A stretch of DNA of 26,455 nucleotides from Gemmatimonadota bacterium (GTDB lineage: Bacteria; Gemmatimonadota; Gemmatimonadetes; Gemmatimonadales; GWC2-71-9): the NCBI GenBank assembly GCA_039586365.1, contig JBDHKN010000083.1:1-26455 (forward strand), read 5' to 3'. Shown here piece by piece: positions 16,340 to 24,463 of the stretch; position 1 is the stretch's first letter, and each line of letters begins with the position of its first letter. The position numbers and the translations under genes are program-made. The notes below the pieces were generated by a model, which saw only the letters and a list, made by a program, of their open reading frames with translations, was not told the origin of the DNA and ran no database searches.

Positions 16340-17749
16340 TCAATTCCCAACAACGTCGATGGATCCCACTACGGACTGCCGCAGTGCAGTCGGGTCATAG
16401 CGGTCACCGGACTTCAGCACAAGGCGGATGTTGCTGAGGCTTCGGATATCCACACTGGGGTCGCCGTCCACCACCACCAAGTCCGCCAAACGACCGGGTG
16501 CGATCGTTCCCAATTCCTCGTCAAGCCCGAGGGCGGCGGCGGCGTTCGCAGTTGCCGCCGTTATAGCCTCCAGGGGTGTGAGCCCCGCGGCCACGAGATT
16601 CTGGAGTTCCCGGTGGAAGGCAAAGCCAGGTACTAGCTCAGGAGTGACAGGATCTGTGCCCACCAGTATCACACCGCCCCGCCCGTGCAGTCGCCCCACA
16701 AACGCCAACTGCTTCTCCACCGCGCGTCCGAGACACTCCGCACCTCGGGCGTTCAGAAACTCCGCTCGCTCGGCCAGCATGGCACGTACGTCATCCGACA
16801 GATACCGCTCCCAGTCCGCGACGACTGGGTCGAATTCGGGGTGCATCGCCTGCATGGTCACGATTGTGGGCGTGACATAGACTCCTTGCTGCACGAGATC
16901 GGACATGAGGGAGTCCACGATGGGACTGCCCAGATCGAGTTCGGCCAACGTACAGTATTGATCGTTGATTGGTGCCGTCGGACCATGAGGCGAGAACTCA
17001 GCTATCGCGAAGATGCCGTGCTCTAGCCCGTCGATCCCCAGAGCGACAGCTCGACGTGTGGGGATTCCACCGAGATGGCCCGTAACGAAAAGACCGGCGT
17101 CATGCGCGGCCTCGATGAGACCGGCGATTTCCTGCTCGGTAATACCCGCGTAGAGCTTGACAGCATCGATGCGATCGCGCCAACTCGCGAACTTGTCGAG
17201 CGCTTCTGCGACTGAGCTCACTCCTTCAATCCACGGTACAATCGATGGTGCGTGGTCGAAATAGGGACCTGCGGTGAAGATCCTCGAGCCCACGATTTCC
17301 CCGCGAGCAATGGCATCCCTCAGTGCAATCATCCCACCGGGGTCAAAATCGCCGGGGGAAAAAGCCGTGGTCACCCCTCCTGCGAGAAATAGCTTTGGGT
17401 ACGCCGCAAACTGGTTGTGGCGCAGGGCGTACATGTGTCCGTGCATATCGATGAGGCCCGGAATGACCGTAGTACCCGTCACGTCGAGTACAGCGGCATT
17501 GTCCGGGACAACTACCTCCGGTCCGACCGCCGTGATCCGCTCGTCCTCGATGAGGATGGTCTGGTCCGGCGCGGGTGGAGCACCGGTCCCGTCGATCACG
17601 GTCGCACCTACCAGGGCTATTACCCGTTGCGCGTTGTCTGACCGGCACCCGGCCATCGTGACTATGAGCGACACCAATACGGCACAGATGGCGCGGCGTG
17701 AATATCCCGCAGCTGGGGGATTGGTGTGTGACGTGGCTGTATGAATCAT
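16340..17749 (-). CDS. Amidohydrolase-family metallohydrolase, probable lipoprotein
   Basis: 'PGLIDMHGH', 'AVKLY', 'TGH', 'LEHG', 'VGTD', 'GTIAPGRLADLVVVDGDP'; hydrophobic stretch ending 'MAGC'. Start is tentative (ATG at 17749, GGGGA SD). Confidence 0.9.
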   Translation of the reverse strand: MIHTATSHTNPPAAGYSRRAICAVLVSLIVTMAGCRSDNAQRVIALVGATVIDGTGAPPAPDQTILIEDERITAVGPEVVVPDNAAVLDVTGTTVIPGLIDMHGHMYALRHNQFAAYPKLFLAGGVTTAFSPGDFDPGGMIALRDAIARGEIVGSRIFTAGPYFDHAPSIVPWIEGVSSVAEALDKFASWRDRIDAVKLYAGITEQEIAGLIEAAHDAGLFVTGHLGGIPTRRAVALGIDGLEHGIFAIAEFSPHGPTAPINDQYCTLAELDLGSPIVDSLMSDLVQQGVYVTPTIVTMQAMHPEFDPVVADWERYLSDDVRAMLAERAEFLNARGAECLGRAVEKQLAFVGRLHGRGGVILVGTDPVTPELVPGFAFHRELQNLVAAGLTPLEAITAATANAAAALGLDEELGTIAPGRLADLVVVDGDPSVDIRSLSNIRLVLKSGDRYDPTALRQSVVGSIDVVGN

Positions 17750-17849
17750 GGTGTGCGTGTCCCCACGGTTACGGTCAGTTCTATCAGTGAACTGCTTGGT
17801 GAATGTCGCACTTGCCAGCATTGGAACGCCAGTGGCGCTGCTGACATGA

Positions 17850-18149
17850 CGCAGGGTTCGCGCGGTGACGAACACGGCGATGCAATTCACCTGGGTTGAC
17901 GCCGATTTCCTCGCCCCGCACGAAGTACCGTATTTGACGTTCTTGGCCTCACCTCGGGGTGACTACTTCGGAATGATGCAGATCTATAGATCGAAGGCAC
18001 TTCACCACGGATTGCGAGTTCGCCCGCTTGCCGAGACGGCAACGGACACGTTGGAATGGTTCAGGTCACTGACCTGCGAACGTTGGTCAAACTTCGGTTC
18101 TGAGCTTTCAGCCGAAAGAGAGGCGGCACTCCCCGCCACGTACCGGCAA
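17850..18149 (+). pseudogene. C-terminal relic of an atypical SDR / NAD-dependent epimerase (isoflavone-reductase-like)
   Basis: 'VRAVT....FTWVDADFL....V......G......SKA...GL..RPLAETATDTLEW.......LSAEREAAL' resembles the C-terminus of that family. There is no Rossmann N-terminus, and a TGA lies at 17847-49. Confidence 0.72.
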
Positions 18150-18227
18150 CCTCAGCTGAGTCATATGACCTGCCTGTCCACTTCCCCATGTTGATGCCGG
18201 TGGCAAGGCGGCGGATACAGCGGTCGA

Positions 18228-20798
18228 TCAAGGGTTTATCCAGTAGCTGACCTTGATGAGGAAGATGTTGTCGGCTTGCGTGCCGAATATCGCCCGCACA
18301 TCCCGGCCGAAAGCGAAGTCTCCCCGCTCAGCCCTGTCGAATCTCCGCTGTTGCCACGCGAGATAGAGGTTGGATCCAGGTCGCCATTCCCACCGAACCA
18401 CGGCGGTGCCTCTCAGGCTCCTTATGTTGAAGTCCGGGTCGAAACCCAAATCCCCGTAGGGTGAGAAATCGAACGTACTGGGAGCCTCCAGAAACCGCGG
18501 CTCGCCGTAGTCCCCCACTGAAATCAGCGGTTGCAGGTACGTCTCGAGGGTGAGTCCCGGGCGGACGGTGAAGTTGAAGCGGGTCTCTATACCGATCTCC
18601 GTCTGAGCCAGCTCTGCGAAAATGTAGCGCTCCCCGTACGTGGGGGTGTACTGCGGGTCGCTGATCGTCGTGATGTATTGGGCCGGGACCCGGGTACGGA
18701 AGAATTGCGGAGCTAGTGTCAGATTCCAGCGGGAGGACGGTTTGAAAGCCACGCCAAGCCGGGCAGCATAGACGTATCCGTCATACTCGTCCCAATTCAG
18801 GTCGCCGCCACCGCTGAACGCCACGGCCTTACGTCCATCCGTAGCAAACTGAGCCTGCACCGTCGTATTGGTCGGTCGTATGATTAGTGGTCCCCCCCGC
18901 GTGGCCCTGTCGTCGTTCGCTCGGAACATGTGCGTGACACTCAGATTCGCGCTCCAGAAATCGAGATGTCTGAACCGGTACCGCAGGTTGGCGAACCGCA
19001 GGATAGTCTGGGCAGCGAAGTTCATCTCGTTGCGCACAACGGCCGTTACCGACCAGTCGCGAAAGAACGAGCCCGGCTGGACTTCACGATAGGTGAGTGT
19101 TCCCTGGAGGTCTCTCCTGTCGGTGCGGTATGCGAAGCCGAGATCGTTAACCTCGTAGCCCGGCGAAGTAATCGCGCCTGCGATCCCACCCAACCAGTGG
19201 AGACCCGCTTGCTTGTTCACGGCGAGGGACATCGAGTAGCCAGACAGCGACGTCGCGGTCTGATCAACATCTAGGTGGTCGGCATCCGGCCGCTGGAAGA
19301 AGTGATTCGACGCCTGCTGTACCCGCCCGATGGCGGACGCGTTTCCCTCCGCCCTGCTGCCGATGAGGTTACCGCTTACGGCCCAGGTGCGGCCAGGAAA
19401 CTCGTGGTTGAAATCAATCCCGCCGGCATGGGCCGCAGACCTGAGTGCATCTTGCAGCTGCTCGGTTGTCAGATCGCGGCGCGCTGTCGTCACCATCGCG
19501 CCCACGGATGAGAGGCCAGCGCGCATCTCTCTTCTGGCACGTCCGACGAAGTAACCGGTGAGCGGCTCCACCGCCATCGACTCGGTGGATCCAGTCTCGG
19601 CCAAGTAGCGAGCGGTTTCCTCGGCCGTCACAGCCGCCAGCGCTCCGATAGACCAGCCTCCGGTGGTCTTGCCCGACAGCTTTGCCGCGCCGAGGATGGT
19701 TGTCTCACTGGGAACGTCGGATTCCGGCGTCGCCGGCCTAGTCTGTGGAGGGCGCCCAATGCGCCGGGTGTAGAACAACCGACCGCCGCTTGTGCCGCCG
19801 GTGAACTGGAATATCTCGCTGCCCTCGATGAAGAAGGGCCGTTTTTCAGCGAAGAAGGTCTCATACACGCCCAGATTCACAACCGCCGGGTCAACCTCCA
19901 CCTGTCCGAAGTCTGGGTTGAACGTGGCGTTGAGCGTTAGGTTGGACGTGGCCCGATACAGCAGATCGAGACCGCCTGACACCGCCTGTTCTGACTCTGT
20001 ACGGAAGGGATTGGCACCGGGGTCCACGTGTTCGCTGCGGGTGACTACGTAGGGCAACAACTCGATGGGCCTTCCCTGGTCGACATCATGGATGCCCTCG
20101 AGATGGCCGAACCTGGGAATCCCACCACTCTCCTGCTTGGGAGTGAAGGCAGAAACCGCGTATTCACGATTACGCCCTATGACCCGCTCGAGTTGGATGC
20201 CCCAATAGTGCTCCTCCCGATTGCGGAACCGCAGCTGGCTGAAGGGAATCCGGTACTCCGCAGTCCAGCCCTCATCGTCCACGGAAGTCGCGACGTCCCA
20301 CACCCCGTCCCAGGAGAGGTCGTCCGCCTCTTGCCCACCGGGCTGCATGGATTTCACAGCATCCCGCTTCACACCACCCGGGTTCACATCAAACGAGAAT
20401 GCCGTCTGGTGATCGTGGTAGCTGTCAATGACCACACCGAACCAGTCGGAGTCCAGCAGCTCCATGTCTCTGCGACCCAACCGCGTCGTGATGGGTCCTG
20501 AGTCCCAGGCCCGGATCCCCAAGTACAGGGCATCGCTGTCATACACTATCCGGACTTCCGTTGGCTGACTCACCGGTTGCCCTTCTGCTGGATCGACCTG
20601 GGTGAACCGCGTCACGGGGACAGCTGAGCCCCACACGGCCTCGGCGAGACGGCCGTCGAGCACGATCCTCTCCTCCGTCCGTACAGCGGATGCTTCTGGC
20701 CGGGTGGCTCCTGCGACTTCACTTGCACCCTGCTGGGCAGCGCTGACTGCTGGAACCAAAACAAATAGCCCGAATCCCACTCCACCAATACGAGGCAT
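18228..20798 (-). CDS. DUF5916 protein with N-terminal CBM9/DOMON-like domain (probable outer-membrane beta-barrel)
   Basis: Signal peptide; 'LDGRL.E.VW', 'TEVRIVYD..ALY', 'GWTAEYRIPFSQLRF', 'TFNPDFGQVEVD', 'FFAEKRPFFIEG', 'LFYTRRIG'; amphipathic C-terminus 'FLIKVSYWINP'; GGGGGAG SD. Confidence 0.9.
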   Translation of the reverse strand: MPRIGGVGFGLFVLVPAVSAAQQGASEVAGATRPEASAVRTEERIVLDGRLAEAVWGSAVPVTRFTQVDPAEGQPVSQPTEVRIVYDSDALYLGIRAWDSGPITTRLGRRDMELLDSDWFGVVIDSYHDHQTAFSFDVNPGGVKRDAVKSMQPGGQEADDLSWDGVWDVATSVDDEGWTAEYRIPFSQLRFRNREEHYWGIQLERVIGRNREYAVSAFTPKQESGGIPRFGHLEGIHDVDQGRPIELLPYVVTRSEHVDPGANPFRTESEQAVSGGLDLLYRATSNLTLNATFNPDFGQVEVDPAVVNLGVYETFFAEKRPFFIEGSEIFQFTGGTSGGRLFYTRRIGRPPQTRPATPESDVPSETTILGAAKLSGKTTGGWSIGALAAVTAEETARYLAETGSTESMAVEPLTGYFVGRARREMRAGLSSVGAMVTTARRDLTTEQLQDALRSAAHAGGIDFNHEFPGRTWAVSGNLIGSRAEGNASAIGRVQQASNHFFQRPDADHLDVDQTATSLSGYSMSLAVNKQAGLHWLGGIAGAITSPGYEVNDLGFAYRTDRRDLQGTLTYREVQPGSFFRDWSVTAVVRNEMNFAAQTILRFANLRYRFRHLDFWSANLSVTHMFRANDDRATRGGPLIIRPTNTTVQAQFATDGRKAVAFSGGGDLNWDEYDGYVYAARLGVAFKPSSRWNLTLAPQFFRTRVPAQYITTISDPQYTPTYGERYIFAELAQTEIGIETRFNFTVRPGLTLETYLQPLISVGDYGEPRFLEAPSTFDFSPYGDLGFDPDFNIRSLRGTAVVRWEWRPGSNLYLAWQQRRFDRAERGDFAFGRDVRAIFGTQADNIFLIKVSYWINP

Positions 20799-20823
20799 TC
20801 TCCCCCCTTCTCATTTCAGCTTT

Positions 20824-20870
20824 GCCACACGCTGGGTTGAAGCTAATCATGACCGCCAGCAGCGTGTGGC
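20824..20870. promoter_or_regulatory. Inverted repeat in the DUF5916 leader region
   Basis: GCCACACGCTG(20824-34)/CAGCGTGTGGC(20860-70), perfect 11 bp with a 25-nt spacer. Confidence 0.45.
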
Positions 20871-20924
20871 TCTCCAACGCGGGCCTCTCGAGCCCGACTG
20901 AAACCTTTTGGCGATGCCTCCCGT

Positions 20925-20945
20925 ATATATCAGTACACGACAGAT
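20925..20945. promoter_or_regulatory. Candidate PadR autoregulatory operator
   Basis: Imperfect dyad ATATATCA-GTACA-CGACAGAT, AT-rich, 25 nt upstream of the padR ATG. Confidence 0.45.
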
Positions 20946-20970
20946 ATCATTGCCATAAGGTGTTGTCACA

Positions 20971-21330
20971 ATGTCAGATAGCCGCAGAGAACCACACGAG
21001 TTCCTGCCCCTGAGCCACCAGGATTTCCAGGTGCTTCTGGTGTTGAAGAACGAGCCCCGGCACGGCTACGGGATCGTGCAAGCGGCCGGGGAGCAGTTCC
21101 CCGCAGAACCTGCGCTCGAGATCGGGTCGCTCTATCGGATCGTGTCTCGAATGCTGGAGCAAGGGCTGATCCGCGAGGTGGGCCGACCTCGCCGGCAACC
21201 GATAGACGGCCGCAGACGTCGGTTTTACGGAGTGACCGATCTCGGACTGTCGGTCGCTCGGGCCGAGGCGGCGCGGTTGCGAACGTTGCTGCATTCGCCC
21301 CAGGCCGTGGAACTGTTGGAGGACCAGTGA
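20971..21330 (+). CDS. padR: PadR-family transcriptional regulator (short, ADOP-associated type)
   Basis: 'FQVLLVL...PRHGYGI', 'GSLYRIVSRMLEQGLI', 'RRRFYGVTDLG'. The stop overlaps the next GTG start (GTGA). Confidence 0.93.
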   Translation: MSDSRREPHEFLPLSHQDFQVLLVLKNEPRHGYGIVQAAGEQFPAEPALEIGSLYRIVSRMLEQGLIREVGRPRRQPIDGRRRRFYGVTDLGLSVARAEAARLRTLLHSPQAVELLEDQ

Positions 21331-24056
21331 CCACACCTCCGTCACCGCCCGATGCCGGACTGAGCGGCCGCACAATCGGTCTGCTCCTCGGTCTTTTTCC
21401 CCGCGCGTTCCGCGATCGGTTCGGCGACGAGATGCTCGCCGCATTCCTCGATCAGAGGGATGCCGTAATCAGTCGTGACAAGACGCCGCGCGCGCGGACG
21501 TCCTTTGCCGTCGCGTGTTTGACGCTCACTACGGCGGTCAATTTCGTGCGATCGGCATGTGGTGAACGACTGGGGGTCCGCCGTCTCCACAGAAGCAGCA
21601 GTTCATTTGAGAGCCTGCCGCGAGGGAAGGAATCAATGTTCAAGAGCCTCATGAGCGACTTACGCTACGCCGCCCGTATACTCCGCAAGCGGCCAGGATT
21701 CACGCTTGTCGCTGTAGCTACCCTTGCGCTCGGCATCGGTGCGAACTCGGCGATTTTCAGTGTGGTGCACACAGTCCTGCTGAGGCCGCTCCCCTTTGGG
21801 CAGCCGGAGAGCCTCGTGCGGATATGGGAGACCAGACCGGACCGTGGCTGGATGGCGGTGTCACTGTCTCGACCCAACTTCAGGGACTACCGAGATCAGA
21901 ACCGGACCTTGGAGGATGTCGGCGCCTACTCGGGGACCAGTCTGAACCTGACAGGCCTTGGTTTCCCGGAGCGCGTCAGCGCGAGCCGCATCTCGGCAGG
22001 TTTCTTCCGGCTGCTGCGAGCGGATCCAGTCCTCGGGCGCACCTTCCAACCCGGAGAGGACGAGCCCGGCAACGAGAACCGAGTGGCGCTGCTTAGCTAT
22101 GAGTTTTGGCGCACGCGGTTCTCAGCCGATTCGAGCATCGTCGGCAGTTCCCTCACATTGGACGACCAGTCCTTCACGGTGGTCGGCGTGCTGCCCCCAG
22201 GAAGTCCCTGGCTCGATGCAGCCCAAGTCTTCGTGCCGCTGGTCAGGGACCCCGAGACCGACAGACAGAACTTCATGCTGGCAACCATCGGCCGGCTGGC
22301 GCCGGGCGTGTCTATTGAGACAGCGAGTTCCGATCTAGAGGCGATCGCACGACGGCTCCAGGAACGGTATCCCGAGCTCGAGAGCCATGGACCCATCGGC
22401 ATTAGAATGTCGCCTGCAAGCACCTGGATTGCGACTGACGGTGTAAGACGGGCGCTCTGGATTCTGCTGGGAGCCGTTGGATTCCTCTTGCTGATCGCTT
22501 GCGTCAACCTCGCGAACCTGCTGCTGGCCAGAGCAACCTCGCGACAGCGGGAGACCGCAGTCCGCGCCGCTCTCGGCGCCATGCGGGGTCGCATCATCCG
22601 TCAGATGTTGGCGGAATCATTACTGCTGGGTGTTGCTGGAGTCGTGGTAGGGCTGGCTATCGCGGTGTGGGCGATTGGCCTGCTCAAAACTCTCAATCCG
22701 GGAGACATACCACGGTTAGGCGAAGTCGGCCTCAATCCCTTGGTACTGGGATTCACCCTCGTAGTCGGATTGCTCGCCGCAGTCCTCGCGGGCCTGGTAC
22801 CGGCATTCCAGGTACACTATTCGGACATCCTTGCTTCGCTGCGGGAAGGTGATCGGGGGATGGCGGGAAGCCGCGGGCGCAGGCGCTTGCGCAACGTGCT
22901 GGTCGGAGCCGAGGTCGCCCTGTCGCTCATTCTGCTGTTGGGTGCGGGCCTGCTGATTCGAAGCTTCGACGAAGTAATGCGAGTCGATCGTGGGTTCGAG
23001 ACGGACAACCGGACATTCTTCACGGTGAACCTGCCACCGTCCTACGAGGAGGGAACCCGCACCAGTGATTTCATCGGGCAGCTGCTCGCACGCCTGGATT
23101 CCAGACCTGGTGTCTTAGCATCCGCTGCTGTGAGTGCAAGACCCATAGTCGGTGGACACACCGGCATGGGCATAGTCCCGGCCGAGCGGGGTGAGAATGT
23201 TGAGGGAGACGTGCCTTGGGCAGTCTGGCGCATCGTCACGGGAGACTACTTCCGCACAGTGGGACTACCGCTCTTGCGAGGACGAACGTTCACTGAGGTC
23301 GACAAGATCGGTGAACCTTGGCGCATCGTCATAAGTCAGCGGCTGGCGGAGTTGCTGTGGCCTGGGGAAGACCCGATTGGGCGACACGCTGTACTGTGGG
23401 CGGGCCAGGACGGATTCCCCGGTGAGGTGATCGGCGTCGTGGGAGACATGCGCGAACGAGGCCTGGAGTCCGATCCGACTCTGGCTGTGTATCTACCGTT
23501 CTACGGTGCCGGCTGGACAGCGGTGAACTTCGTGCTGCACACGGCGGGTGATGCAGCTCCGCTGATCGGTTCACTTCGTCCCATTGTGGCAGAGCTGGAT
23601 GCAAGTCTACCAGTGTCGAACATCCAGGGACTCGACGAGATCGTTGATAATTCGCTAGCGACCCGCCGGTTCAACATGCTTCTGCTGCTGGCTTTTGCAG
23701 GCCTTGCGCTGATTCTGGCACTGGCGGGCATCTACGGCGTACAGTCGTACACAGTGGCTAGACGCACCTCCGAAATCGGGATACGTGTCGCGCTCGGCGC
23801 TTCGGGGACCACCATCGTGAGACACATCGTGGGTCAGGGCATGATCCCGGTGCTGGTCGGAATCGCACTCGGATCGCTGGGAGCGTTCGGTCTCTCTCGG
23901 CTGATGTCGAGCCTCCTCTTCGGTGTCGACGCGACCGACTTCACCACGTTCTTCGCTGTCGCGGTGGCACTCGGGCTGACGGCACTCATCGCCAGCTACC
24001 TACCCGCCCGTCGAGCACTGCGGGTCGATGCGGTAACCGCGCTGCGAGAGGAGTAG
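21327..24056 (+). CDS. ADOP-family duplicated orphan ABC permease (2x MacB-PCD + 2x FtsX)
   Basis: 'DLRYAARILRKRPGFTLVAVATLALGIGANSAIFSVV', 'LLLIACVNLANLLLARA..RQRE.AVR.ALGA', 'LVGAEVALSL.LL.GAGLL.RSF', 'RRTSEIGIRVALGA', 'YLPARRA'. No ATPase domain or ATPase gene nearby. Confidence 0.95.
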   Translation: MTTPPSPPDAGLSGRTIGLLLGLFPRAFRDRFGDEMLAAFLDQRDAVISRDKTPRARTSFAVACLTLTTAVNFVRSACGERLGVRRLHRSSSSFESLPRGKESMFKSLMSDLRYAARILRKRPGFTLVAVATLALGIGANSAIFSVVHTVLLRPLPFGQPESLVRIWETRPDRGWMAVSLSRPNFRDYRDQNRTLEDVGAYSGTSLNLTGLGFPERVSASRISAGFFRLLRADPVLGRTFQPGEDEPGNENRVALLSYEFWRTRFSADSSIVGSSLTLDDQSFTVVGVLPPGSPWLDAAQVFVPLVRDPETDRQNFMLATIGRLAPGVSIETASSDLEAIARRLQERYPELESHGPIGIRMSPASTWIATDGVRRALWILLGAVGFLLLIACVNLANLLLARATSRQRETAVRAALGAMRGRIIRQMLAESLLLGVAGVVVGLAIAVWAIGLLKTLNPGDIPRLGEVGLNPLVLGFTLVVGLLAAVLAGLVPAFQVHYSDILASLREGDRGMAGSRGRRRLRNVLVGAEVALSLILLLGAGLLIRSFDEVMRVDRGFETDNRTFFTVNLPPSYEEGTRTSDFIGQLLARLDSRPGVLASAAVSARPIVGGHTGMGIVPAERGENVEGDVPWAVWRIVTGDYFRTVGLPLLRGRTFTEVDKIGEPWRIVISQRLAELLWPGEDPIGRHAVLWAGQDGFPGEVIGVVGDMRERGLESDPTLAVYLPFYGAGWTAVNFVLHTAGDAAPLIGSLRPIVAELDASLPVSNIQGLDEIVDNSLATRRFNMLLLLAFAGLALILALAGIYGVQSYTVARRTSEIGIRVALGASGTTIVRHIVGQGMIPVLVGIALGSLGAFGLSRLMSSLLFGVDATDFTTFFAVAVALGLTALIASYLPARRALRVDAVTALREE

Positions 24057-24148
24057 CCCACGAGGCTTGTTTGCTGCATCGCAGCCTCCCGTGAAACGGC
24101 GTTCCTCCACGCTACGTAGGGAGTCGTGCCACCCTCGTGGAGAAACCT

Positions 24149-24451
24149 GTGGATCCATTCGATTTGATACCGCCCTTGCTGGCAGTGGTAACCGCTCTCT
24201 CACTGGGCGGCATGGCGCTGATCGGCATACGCATGTGGACTCGCCGTCTTCCCGGTCTCAATCCGAAGGAACTGGCCGATTCGATACGGAAGGAGTTGCA
24301 GCAAGACATCCGAGATGAAGTCGCCAGGGCACTAGAGAGCCGGGACGTCGAGCTCGAGGAACTCCACGAACGTCTGGATTTCGCCGAGCGGCTCTTGGCC
24401 CAGGGGAAGCCCTCGACCAGCCCCGAGCAGCGCGACGCCACACCGGTCTGA
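24149..24451 (+). CDS. Small membrane-anchored coiled-coil hypothetical protein
   Basis: One TM helix followed by a charged helix ending 'LEELHERLDFAERLLAQ'. The GTG at 24149 has GGAG 6 nt upstream (alternative start 24137). Confidence 0.8.
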   Translation: MDPFDLIPPLLAVVTALSLGGMALIGIRMWTRRLPGLNPKELADSIRKELQQDIRDEVARALESRDVELEELHERLDFAERLLAQGKPSTSPEQRDATPV

Positions 24452-24463
24452 AGAGCTGCAGAC

